A stretch of 64,000 nucleotides of DNA, from positions 141,983 through 205,982 of the forward strand of contig CAYMJR010000001.1 in the NCBI GenBank assembly GCA_964391315.1, read 5' to 3'. The notes beneath the pieces were generated by a model, which was not told the origin of the DNA, ran no database searches, and worked only from the letters and a program-made list of their open reading frames with translations. Position 1 is the stretch's first letter. Every line of letters begins with the position of its first letter. Shown here piece by piece: positions 37,251-45,758 of the stretch. Source of the stretch: an uncultured Gammaproteobacteria bacterium. Its GTDB lineage: Bacteria > Patescibacteriota > Microgenomatia > Levybacterales > UBA12049. The position numbers were made by a program, and so were the translations under genes.

Positions 37251-37931
37251 TTATTTTACTTTTTTCCTCAAAAATGCGCCTGCGCCAGCCATACCAAAAA
37301 GCATAGGTAATGCTGCATCTACTGGACCTGTTGAAGGTGTCTTTTTCATACCAAGAACAGGGGGAGCAACTTGCAATGGACGTTCAACACAAAATTGCGC
37401 GGCATCCTCAGCAGTCAAATCGTTTTCTGTTGCGTCAACTACGTTGGAAACACAAACATAGCCATTATCACCAAAAGCCATAGTATCAGTAACTTTAGCA
37501 ACGATATAAAAGGTTTGAGATTCTCCTGAAGCAAGATGATCAATAGTAAATGTCAGCTTGTTACTCTTGCTGTCATAATTTCCTGCTCCTGAAACATAGA
37601 CAACATTTTGAGGAAATGAATCAACAACAGTAATATTTGAAAGATTCTCATCACCAGCGTTTTGAACTACAATTTGGAAGCTAATGTTCTGGCCTATTTC
37701 ATATTTTGGATCGATGGCAGAAAGTCCATCAACAAAGTCAGAAGTTCCCGGCTTGAGAACCTTTTTATCGATGATTATTTTGGCACATGATTGAGTACTC
37801 GTGTATCCTCCACCATACATAGTAGTACAATCTGTGCCTGAAGCGTAGGCTTGCGTCACGAAGAAAAACGGCAGAGCTAACGACAAAAATGCAATATATC
37901 GGATATTCATAAGCTGATCAATACTTGGCAA
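37251..37931 (-). CDS. DUF11-like surface protein with C-terminal sorting-signal-like tail
   Basis: Signal peptide and a DUF11-type beta domain. C-terminus is KKTPSTGPVDAALPMLFGMAGAGAFLRKKVK, a sortase-substrate-like layout of motif, hydrophobic stretch and basic tail. Confidence 0.5.
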   Translation of the reverse strand: MPSIDQLMNIRYIAFLSLALPFFFVTQAYASGTDCTTMYGGGYTSTQSCAKIIIDKKVLKPGTSDFVDGLSAIDPKYEIGQNISFQIVVQNAGDENLSNITVVDSFPQNVVYVSGAGNYDSKSNKLTFTIDHLASGESQTFYIVAKVTDTMAFGDNGYVCVSNVVDATENDLTAEDAAQFCVERPLQVAPPVLGMKKTPSTGPVDAALPMLFGMAGAGAFLRKKVK

Positions 37932-38041
37932 AAACCCCTTTTTTGCAAGCTAATAGAGTTGAGTCTAACATGTTATGGGACATCTGTCAATCTTAGATCT
38001 GAATCTAAAATGGCCAATATTGCCTCTTCAACTACAAACTC

Positions 38042-38070
38042 TTGCCAAATATTCCCTCCCCTGCTATAAT
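38042..38070 (+). promoter_or_regulatory. promoter TTGCCA-17-TATAAT for rplJL
   Basis: -35 at 38042..38047 and -10 at 38065..38070. Confidence 0.55.
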
Positions 38071-38074
38071 TCAT

Positions 38075-38172
38075 ATATCGTCCAAAGACCGTGAGCAGAC
38101 AAATAAGTCTCACCGAGGGCCACAAATGAGGTTTAGATTCTCTAAACTATAATTAGTTAGGCACTCGCATGA
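38075..38172 (+). promoter_or_regulatory. possible L10 leader (autoregulatory 5' UTR)
   Basis: About 100-nt leader ending in the hairpin ACTCgcatGAGT plus a T-run just before the rplJ start. Family assignment is not verified. Confidence 0.3.
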
Positions 38173-38736
38173 GTGTCTTTTTTATTATTTATGAACAACG
38201 ATCAAGTAAAAGTCAGTCAAAATAGACAAAAAAAAGAAGTTTTGGTAGCTGAATATACCGAAAAGGTAGAAAAAGCTAAAGGTATTGTGTTTGCAAACTA
38301 CCAAGGTCTTACCCATTTGCAGCTTGAAGCTATCAAAAAAGCAATGAAGAAAATGGATGCTGAATTTGTAGCAGCTAAAAACACTCTTCTTCTCCGAGCA
38401 CTTGATGGCAAAGTTGACGTCACAGCAGAAAAAGAAAAATTCACTCAACCAACAGCAGCTCTTTTTATCTACAACGATATCGTTGAACCAATCAAAAGTC
38501 TTGCAAAGACAATGAAAGAGCTTTCTCTTCCTGTTGTTAAATTCGGTATCTTGGAAGGTAAAGTTATCACAGATAAAGAAGTTGCCAAACTCGCAACGAT
38601 TGCTCCATTGCCTGTTCTTCGAGCACAACTTTTGGGTCAGATGAAAGCTCCTATCTCAGGACTTCATCGTGCACTTAATTGGAATTTACAAAGTTTAGTT
38701 ATGACACTTAACGCAATTAAAGCTAAAAAAGCATAA
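38173..38736 (+). CDS. rplJ: 50S ribosomal protein L10
   Basis: The L10 N-terminal pattern (KKEVLVAEYTEKVEKAKGIVFANYQGLTHLQLEAIKK) is present. The true start may be the internal ATG (MNNDQ). Confidence 0.85.
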   Translation: MSFLLFMNNDQVKVSQNRQKKEVLVAEYTEKVEKAKGIVFANYQGLTHLQLEAIKKAMKKMDAEFVAAKNTLLLRALDGKVDVTAEKEKFTQPTAALFIYNDIVEPIKSLAKTMKELSLPVVKFGILEGKVITDKEVAKLATIAPLPVLRAQLLGQMKAPISGLHRALNWNLQSLVMTLNAIKAKKA

Positions 38737-38756
38737 AAGGAGGTGAATCTTAATTT

Positions 38757-39152
38757 ATGGCAAAATTATCAAAAGAAGAATTAATGCAAGCAATCGAAGA
38801 AATGTCTGTTCTCGAACTTTCAGACTTAGTTAAAGCTCTTGAAGAGAAGTTTGGTGTTTCAGCAGCAGCTACTATGGTAGCAGCAGCACCAGCAGCAGGA
38901 GCAGCCGCTGGAGCAGCAGCTGAACCAGCTGAAGAACAAACAGTCTTTAACGTTGTTCTTGTTAACGCAGGAGCACAAAAGATTGCTGTTATTAAGGTTA
39001 TCCGAGAACTCGTTCCAACACTCGGACTTAAAGAAGCAAAAGACTTGGCAGATGCAGGAAACAAAGAAGTCCTCACCCAAGTTAATAAGAAAACAGCAGA
39101 AGAAGCTAAGGAAAAACTTACCGCAGCTGGAGCTACTGTTGAACTCAAATAA
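38757..39152 (+). CDS. rplL: 50S ribosomal protein L7/L12
   Basis: Ala-rich hinge and a C-terminal domain ([25 protein letters not shown]). Confidence 0.9.
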   Translation: MAKLSKEELMQAIEEMSVLELSDLVKALEEKFGVSAAATMVAAAPAAGAAAGAAAEPAEEQTVFNVVLVNAGAQKIAVIKVIRELVPTLGLKEAKDLADAGNKEVLTQVNKKTAEEAKEKLTAAGATVELK

Positions 39153-39156
39153 GAAA

Positions 39157-39212
39157 AACGCTAAACCGTACTATGCTGCATAAAAACTTATCGCTAGGGT
39201 TTAGCGTTTTTT
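39157..39212 (+). terminator. intrinsic terminator after rplL
   Basis: AACGCTAAACC(39157..39167) pairs with GGTTTAGCGTT(39198..39208), followed by a T-run. Confidence 0.55.
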
Positions 39213-39292
39213 CTTGGCAAAATCAGGTTTTCATACTTGACATCAATGTTACAGTTTGTTACTGTATATATGACTAAATCATAGTTATTTTT

Positions 39293-39508
39293 ATGGCAAA
39301 TCAAAAACAACTCTCCATTGAAACACTTCCAGATCTTCTCACTGTTCGCGAAGTTGCAGAAATTTTACGAGTCTCCCCTCTCACTATCAAACGCTGGGGC
39401 AAACGAGGCAAACTTCCTGCAATCCGCATCAATTCACGCGGTGACCGCCGCTACAAAAAAGAGGCTGTATTATGGTTACTCGGCATACAGCAGAAATCTA
39501 CCGTCTAA
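39293..39508 (+). CDS. excisionase-family (HTH_17/MerR-like) DNA-binding protein
   Basis: LTVREVAEILRVSPLTIKRW...LPAIRI..RGDRRYKKE. Paralogous to the gene at 50711..50992. Confidence 0.6.
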   Translation: MANQKQLSIETLPDLLTVREVAEILRVSPLTIKRWGKRGKLPAIRINSRGDRRYKKEAVLWLLGIQQKSTV

Positions 39509-40536
39509 CAGACTACAAAAAAATCCGGAATAATTTCCTTGATGAACTTATCCGTGCCTCTAAAGATCAGCCAAGCAGCATCTCATATATCCGTCACACA
39601 TTTCCGAAAAAAATTATCATCAAACCAGGCCTTGTCCAAGCTATTGTCATCGGTGGAACTAATTTTATTGTGAGCATTGCAAGGCTTTCTCAAAACGGAA
39701 CTCTTAAAGAACTACAAAAAGAACGAAAACAAGGCAGAACTCCTACCTTTTCTGATGCAACAACCTTTCTCAAATTTATTAAAAAATATCTTAACCCTCA
39801 AGCAACAGCGCTCGCTATCAATTTCGCCTACAAACTTGATCCACACAATGGAAAATTTGGAGAAGTTGACGGTATTCTGACTATTGGAACAAAAGAACAC
39901 CTTTTTGAAGGATTAATCGGCAAACCAATCGGCGAAACAATCAGACAATACATCAAACGAGATATACCGATCACAGTGGTCAATGATACAGTCTGCCTTG
40001 GAAAAAATGGTCTTGTTGTCGGATCTGGTTGTAATTTTTCTCTTGAAAGTGTCAATCTCGAAGCAGGAAATTTCAACAAATTTCCCGCAACTTCTGAGCT
40101 TGAAACGATTGATAAACGATCTGCTAATCCTGGTGGACACCGCTTTGAGAAAATGATTTCAGGCACCTATCTCCCCTTTCACTTCAATCTTCTTGCCAAA
40201 AAATATGATCTTAAAGGTGTACGTGTTGCAGATGGCAAGGAATTATCAGACTATGCAGAACATGATAAAGGACCGGCTGGCGACCTCGCACGAATGCTTC
40301 TTCTCCGTTCTGCTTCTCTTGTCGCCTGCGCACTTGCGGCAGCCTATCAATTTTTGAATAAAAAAACACTGACATTCACAACCGAAGGCAGTATGTTCTG
40401 GCAAGGATTTGCATTTGATAAAAACGTAAGAGAACAACTGATCAAGCTTGGCGTTCCGAAAGGAGCAATCCGCTTCAAAAAAATGGAAGACAGCTCTCTG
40501 CAAAGCGCGTTCACCCTCCTCACCCGCACGAAATAA
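39472..40536 (+). CDS. hexokinase-family sugar kinase (ASKHA fold)
   Basis: AIVIGGTNFIVSIARL resembles the hexokinase LDLGGTNFRV phosphate-1 motif. Overlaps the upstream HTH gene by 37 nt if this ATG is used. Confidence 0.5.
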   Translation: MVTRHTAEIYRLTDYKKIRNNFLDELIRASKDQPSSISYIRHTFPKKIIIKPGLVQAIVIGGTNFIVSIARLSQNGTLKELQKERKQGRTPTFSDATTFLKFIKKYLNPQATALAINFAYKLDPHNGKFGEVDGILTIGTKEHLFEGLIGKPIGETIRQYIKRDIPITVVNDTVCLGKNGLVVGSGCNFSLESVNLEAGNFNKFPATSELETIDKRSANPGGHRFEKMISGTYLPFHFNLLAKKYDLKGVRVADGKELSDYAEHDKGPAGDLARMLLLRSASLVACALAAAYQFLNKKTLTFTTEGSMFWQGFAFDKNVREQLIKLGVPKGAIRFKKMEDSSLQSAFTLLTRTK

Positions 40537-40622
40537 GGTTTTTTCTGTCAGATTCTTGTCAAGATATACTCTGGGCTTAACCATATAATAGCTTTTTATT
40601 TCGCTCCTGCCCCAGAAAACAT

Positions 40623-41792
40623 ATGCCATTATTTTCAATTGAACAAAGACCTAGTGCACCACACTTGTTAAGAGAACGACGACCAATTCCTCTAATTTTG
40701 GATACCCAAGTAGATGCATTTCATAAAGACTCTCTCCACATGTCCTCTGGCGGACGTTTTAACCCTACACTTGCTCAGCATGTCTTACAACAAAATGAAG
40801 GAAAAGATGTGATTGGAATTGATATGGGTGGTGGAAAAGCAACAGTTATTCCTTTTACGGTAAGAAAAGGTATTCTTGTACCTGATGAATCAAGACAAAA
40901 AACTGTTTTGAGAAAGGACAACCCTGCAGGTTATTTATCTTTGTTGCAAGAAATTGGTGAAGAAGCAGACGAAAAAGGAATACCAATTGGTGTTTCAAGC
41001 GCAGGAGTAATTAAAGGAACGCAACTTCTAGAAACACCTAATATGCCTGCTTTCTTAAAAGAACTACAAGAAAAATTTGGTGGAGATTTTAAGAGACTTC
41101 TTCCAAGTGTCGCTGCTGTGAGAAATGATGCTGTAGCAGCAATTATACCGGCAATTATGCATGCCTTAAACGAAGGATTACTTCCCAAAGGAGAAGGTGA
41201 AATTATTGGAATGGAACCAGGACATGTTCGCCTCCTTCTCGACCATCTGCAACGACCACTCCAATATGCTATTCCTAATAAACCTTGTGGCATGTTTGGA
41301 CAAGAATTTGTCTGTGTTGAACAAGTGGTTGGAGGCGTCGCAGGGATTGAATCTCTATGGGAACAAACAACAGGACTACCGCTTGATGGAGAAAAAATCA
41401 GTGAACTTTATCACGAACATGGAGACCGATTGGCAACTGCATTGTATGATACATCTGCAACTTTCTTAGCAACAGCAATCAAAGGTATGGGCAAAGCGCT
41501 TGGACTAAGCGGTAAAGACGCTAAATCAGGACTAATCTTACCAATTATCGGAGGCGGTTTTGGAGGGGCAGGTTTTGTCATGGACGTTCCACGTTCTGAA
41601 AATAGCCATGATCTAAACGTTACTTTTCACGGTTCAGTTAATAAAGTACCTGATTATATGACGCGAACTGAGCTAGTTCTCGGACAAGACGGAACTCCGA
41701 TAAATCCTTCTTTTACCGGAGATTTTAGCCTTAATTCAGGAGCAGAAGGAGCAGCACTTGCCGCATTAATGGCACTAAGTAGCCCTAATTAA
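40623..41792 (+). CDS. ASKHA-superfamily sugar-kinase-like protein
   Basis: VIGIDMGGGKATV phosphate-1-like loop and the later IGVSSAGVI motif. Family is uncertain. Confidence 0.4.
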   Translation: MPLFSIEQRPSAPHLLRERRPIPLILDTQVDAFHKDSLHMSSGGRFNPTLAQHVLQQNEGKDVIGIDMGGGKATVIPFTVRKGILVPDESRQKTVLRKDNPAGYLSLLQEIGEEADEKGIPIGVSSAGVIKGTQLLETPNMPAFLKELQEKFGGDFKRLLPSVAAVRNDAVAAIIPAIMHALNEGLLPKGEGEIIGMEPGHVRLLLDHLQRPLQYAIPNKPCGMFGQEFVCVEQVVGGVAGIESLWEQTTGLPLDGEKISELYHEHGDRLATALYDTSATFLATAIKGMGKALGLSGKDAKSGLILPIIGGGFGGAGFVMDVPRSENSHDLNVTFHGSVNKVPDYMTRTELVLGQDGTPINPSFTGDFSLNSGAEGAALAALMALSSPN

Positions 41793-42703
41793 ACGCTCTT
41801 CAAATATTCCGCTTGGTGTTCTCCCTTAATCTTTTCATGATTTGGTTTCCAGAAATGTTCCTTGAGGAACATAAATGTCTCTTTCGGATCTTGTGTATTA
41901 ACGATCACATTGGTACCCACCTCAAAGCCGCCAAGAATTTTTAATCGTGGAATAAGCCGGAAATACCAATTTTTTCCAGGAGCGATATAAAAATTGAAAG
42001 GAAATTCATAGCCATGCCGCACATCTAAAATCTGAATGACACGTGAGATAACAAATGCCATATCTGTCACTTCTGCATCTGTTATGGAACTAAATAATCC
42101 TCGTTGTTGCTTGGGTGCTACCCATACTTCATCCGGCCAATCAGATGTTTCTGGACAAAAAATCAAAAAATGATCTGTTTCGATAAGATGAGGTCTTTCT
42201 TTGGCCTGAGTAAATAAACCTCCGTTCTTCCCATAGATTGCAATATCCAAGGGCAAAATATCCAGATTCACATTAGTTGGTACTACCGTTAACTGCGTAT
42301 GCGGATGCGGCAGACTCTCTCCTGCACCGTGTCCTCTGTTATGAAACATATAGATCTGTCCCTCTCGCTCATGCGTTCGAAACCGCTTTTTGTAGGTGTC
42401 AAAAATAAGTTCTACTTGTTCAAAAGGCAATTCGTCAATATTTTTATGGTGATCCTGTGAATGAATAATCAACTCATGATGATACGTAAAGGGAAATTTG
42501 TTGGGGATAACCCGGATTTTCCAGTTACTATCCCCAGTCTGCCCACCAACACGGTACAGTTCTTCTTCCTGCGCCTCTTTTCCGGTACAAAATGGACACA
42601 CCGGTTCTTTCTTGCCGTTTTCATTCGTCCTTTTTGCCCGTCGTGGTGCAAGAACAACCGATTTATTGGTACCAGGATGTTTTCGAAATGCAAAATCAGC
42701 CAT
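41789..42703 (-). CDS. galactose-1-phosphate uridylyltransferase-like (GalT/HIT family) nucleotidyltransferase
   Basis: CPFCTG zinc motif and HPHTQ (HxHxQ) active site. Confidence 0.7.
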   Translation of the reverse strand: MADFAFRKHPGTNKSVVLAPRRAKRTNENGKKEPVCPFCTGKEAQEEELYRVGGQTGDSNWKIRVIPNKFPFTYHHELIIHSQDHHKNIDELPFEQVELIFDTYKKRFRTHEREGQIYMFHNRGHGAGESLPHPHTQLTVVPTNVNLDILPLDIAIYGKNGGLFTQAKERPHLIETDHFLIFCPETSDWPDEVWVAPKQQRGLFSSITDAEVTDMAFVISRVIQILDVRHGYEFPFNFYIAPGKNWYFRLIPRLKILGGFEVGTNVIVNTQDPKETFMFLKEHFWKPNHEKIKGEHQAEYLKSV

Positions 42704-42759
42704 ACGTCTATTTAATCAATGATTGATGAGGAAAAGCAAGCAGAAATTAAAGAAATGAT

Positions 42760-43197
42760 CTATTTTTCCATCAGAATGGTTACCGGACCATCAAGCTTTG
42801 CATCAATTTTCATATCAGCACCAAACCTTCCTGTTGCAACTGATATCCCAAAACTCTTTATTTTTTCAACAAAATATTCATAAAGCGGTTCGGCAATTTC
42901 TGGTCGTGCTGCTTTTATAAAACTTGGACGATTCCCACCATTTGTGTCGCCGTAAAGTGTAAACTGTGAAACAATAAGCATCTCTCCATTGGCATCCTTC
43001 ACCGACAAATTCATTTTTCCCGTCCCATCATCCATAATTCGGAGTTTTGAGAGCTTTTCAGCCAGAAAATCAGCCTCAGATTTTGTATCAGGCCCTGTAA
43101 TGCCCGTAAGAACTAGGAAACCTTTGGAGATGGATGATATTACCTCTTTTTCAACCGTCACAGAAGCATTTTTCACCCGCTGAACAACAAGTTTCAT
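42760..43197 (-). CDS. dtd: D-aminoacyl-tRNA deacylase
   Basis: MKLVVQRV...SQFTLYGDTNGGNRPSF motifs. Confidence 0.85.
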   Translation of the reverse strand: MKLVVQRVKNASVTVEKEVISSISKGFLVLTGITGPDTKSEADFLAEKLSKLRIMDDGTGKMNLSVKDANGEMLIVSQFTLYGDTNGGNRPSFIKAARPEIAEPLYEYFVEKIKSFGISVATGRFGADMKIDAKLDGPVTILMEK

Positions 43198-43235
43198 AGG
43201 TGAATTATAACAAAAATAATAAACGAAGATATAAA

Positions 43236-44036
43236 TTATTTATTAAAAGGTACATATGTCGAAGGAAGTCTTTCGGAATATTCTTGACCATTCTTTACTT
43301 CCTGAACGACATATCCATCCCCATTCTTGTCTACCGTAATGACATACACACAACGAAACCCAAATATACCAAAAATATTCTCTACACGGCTTGGCATCTC
43401 GCTTTTTGCAGCATCAACATTTGGCTCACATTGTTTATACCACATACCACGATTTTCCCCAGTATCAACATCTAAATCAACTGCAGTCCTTAAGACAATG
43501 CCTGCCTCACCCATACTATTATCATTATTAAAAGTAATCCAATCTCTTTGATTTGGCAGCTTCCACCGCAATTGTTGCACTGTAGATCTGTCTGGTGTCA
43601 CAATAACAATACTTTGACGATCTTCTGCGGCATGAATTGTGTGTACTCCTGTGTTTTTATTAAATTCTCCCTCAATAGGGTTCTTTTGTACATGACAAAA
43701 AGTATCTTCTGAAGGTGTGGGACTCGGCATTAATGAACTTGAATGACTATCAGGAGCAGCAGGGAAACCTCGTGCTGCTATTGCTTTGGGAAATCGATCT
43801 GCCAAGCTAGGAGAAGGTATTGGAGAAGGACCAGAGGTATCAGGAGTGGTAGCAGCCGGAGGACGAGCTGCACTATTATTTGGATGGTATGCATCCCACG
43901 AGGCGACAGCCAATCCTCCTGCAAGGAGAAGTGAGGCACCTGCCCCTCCAACAATTGCTCCAGTTCTTTTTAAATATCTTCTTCTTTGAGCATGTCGTCC
44001 TGGTGAGGACTCTCGTGATAACTCTTTCGCCGACAT
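43236..44036 (-). CDS. Tat-signal secreted hypothetical protein
   Basis: RRRYLKRTGAIVGGAGASLLLAGGLAVAS, a Pro/Ser-rich linker, then a globular domain. The N-terminal region appears G+C-richer than the surrounding DNA. Confidence 0.45.
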   Translation of the reverse strand: MSAKELSRESSPGRHAQRRRYLKRTGAIVGGAGASLLLAGGLAVASWDAYHPNNSAARPPAATTPDTSGPSPIPSPSLADRFPKAIAARGFPAAPDSHSSSLMPSPTPSEDTFCHVQKNPIEGEFNKNTGVHTIHAAEDRQSIVIVTPDRSTVQQLRWKLPNQRDWITFNNDNSMGEAGIVLRTAVDLDVDTGENRGMWYKQCEPNVDAAKSEMPSRVENIFGIFGFRCVYVITVDKNGDGYVVQEVKNGQEYSERLPSTYVPFNK

Positions 44037-44549
44037 TTTCTTAAGTGTAAAGACAAAAAACCGTATTTCTATGGTAATTTCGCAAGAAATCAGTAAATAA
44101 ACTGAGATTTTTGCTGTCTGAAGCTACCGTGAGGCTAATGATACAAAAATAAGAACAGAAGTGAATTTTTATATTGAAAAATGGTTCTAATTAAACTCGC
44201 CTAATTTTAAATAATATACTACAAGATGTAAAATAAAGCTAATTAACATAAAAACACTCACAAATGGCCTTTTCGGTCATCTTAAGAGACCTTTCCCAAA
44301 TTTCTGTGAAAAGTTTTGAGTAGATAAATTGCTCAGATATATCCAGGATTTTGATTCGCGACTATAATCCTATACATTTTTCCTCTTTGATGGCCGAAAA
44401 AGTTATCCCAAAACCGATAAAAAGTTATCCACAAGTTGTCCCAACTCCCCAAAATAATTCCCGAAAGATATAATATTACGGGCTTCTTTATTATCTAATA
44501 AAGATATACTTAATAATGTTGGTAGGATACTTAGTTACAGTGTCAAAGA

Positions 44550-44880
44550 GCTATATGGTTAAATGACTATATTATTTTGAGAGGTGATCTTCTGTCCAGG
44601 TAATGAGGTGGTTTATTTCCTTTGGCAAATCAACAAGTATACTGTAAATCACTTTATACTCATCATCTGCTAATAATTTCCTATTTTTTGCCTCTTGCAG
44701 CCCATCTAAAGCCGTCGTAAACAGAACCACAGGCATTGAATTAGAAGTTTTGCTTATCTTTCTTATGGTATCTACAAAATCCTTCAGCTATATTTGCACT
44801 AATAGAATCTCTAGAGCGAATAAATATTAATAAAAGGGTTCTTGAGGAAGTTAAACCATTTAGCTATTTGACCATATAGC
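44550..44880. mobile_element. inverted-repeat-flanked ~330-bp element (MITE or IS remnant-like)
   Basis: Left arm GCTATATGGTTAAATGACTA at 44550..44569. Right arm, as reverse complement, GCTATATGGTCAAATAGCTA at 44861..44880, 17 of 20 identical. The interior holds only a gene fragment. Confidence 0.4.
44572..44787 (-). pseudogene. fragment resembling the C-terminal half of a response-regulator receiver domain
   Basis: ...MPVVLFTTALDGLQEAKNRKLLADDEYKV... parallels receiver motifs (IMLTA..D...aGADDYlxKP). No N-terminal half, no phospho-Asp region and no upstream continuation. Confidence 0.3.
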
Positions 44881-44887
44881 CATAAAC

Positions 44888-45568
44888 CTACTTTCCGAGT
44901 ATCACCAATATATCCGCTCCTGTAGGCTTTGCCTCACCAGCTGGAAGTGGACCAACGACCCCGCCCAGGAATGTGGCCAATTGCGAAGCAACAGCAGCGT
45001 TTTTGCCTGTGAAGTCAACAACTACTGTCTTCGTATAAGTAGTTTTACTCGCATTTGCTTTCAAAGCTACAGTAGCTTTAATCCCACTGTTTTTTAGTTG
45101 ATTTTCAACAGTCGTTGCAAGACCTGACACAGTTGTCCCATTGTACAAGACAACTGTGACAGGTTGTTGTGCATTTGCCGAAGATGAAGCTTGTTGAGAA
45201 AGAGTAAGCGATGTCACTTCTACAATTTTGTCCTCTATTGGATCGTACAGAATTGCTTTTTTGGCTTTGGTATAAATAAGTACCTTATAGCCGTTTTTTG
45301 CGTTTCTGAAAAAGGACTGTCCTTGTAATTTCGTGATATCTGAGACGGTTGCGATGGTTGGCTGCTCACCCTTGGGTAGCTCCATCAGTCTGCCTACTCT
45401 TGTCACCAAATTTTGTGTCTCAACTTTCGCTGCAAGACTTGGATTTTTCAGAAGTTGTTGGGTTTTCTGATATTGAAGGTAGAAGTAAACTCCTACACAG
45501 AGAATGATGAAAGCAATGACGACAGCAATAGCTCTGACCACCATTATTTTCTTCAAAAACACCTTCAT
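44888..45568 (-). CDS. membrane-anchored LytR_C (LytR/CpsA/Psr C-terminal) domain protein
   Basis: N-terminal TM helix. C-terminal VVLYNGTTVSGLATTVENQLKNSGIKAT...DFTGKNAA...ADILVILGK is the LytR_C pattern. Confidence 0.55.
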   Translation of the reverse strand: MKVFLKKIMVVRAIAVVIAFIILCVGVYFYLQYQKTQQLLKNPSLAAKVETQNLVTRVGRLMELPKGEQPTIATVSDITKLQGQSFFRNAKNGYKVLIYTKAKKAILYDPIEDKIVEVTSLTLSQQASSSANAQQPVTVVLYNGTTVSGLATTVENQLKNSGIKATVALKANASKTTYTKTVVVDFTGKNAAVASQLATFLGGVVGPLPAGEAKPTGADILVILGK

Positions 45569-45758
45569 ACCCTACTATAGTAGAAAACCTAGCGAGTACT
45601 GTCAAGGATCAGGCATAATTATCCACGACGATTTATGCCTTTCCTGCCTATCCTCTGCCTTGGACAACAACTTGACTAAAAGTTACTATAATAAAACAAA
45701 CTATGTTACCCCTGCTCTCCAGAGGAGAACAAAGCTATCAAAAATATGTTGTAGGCGG

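Noticed and set aside
39243-39270. Calling a confident -10 for the HTH operon promoter
   Set aside because: TTGACA is clear, but the spacing to any TATAAT-like hexamer is poor (TACTGT at 17 bp, TATATA at 22 bp). Only the palindrome is reported.
44397-44436. DnaA boxes as evidence for oriC
   Set aside because: Only one perfect TTATCCACA and one 2-mismatch copy are present. No dnaA, dnaN or gyrB is nearby, and no clear box cluster exists. Kept as a finding about possible regulatory sites, not called as an origin.
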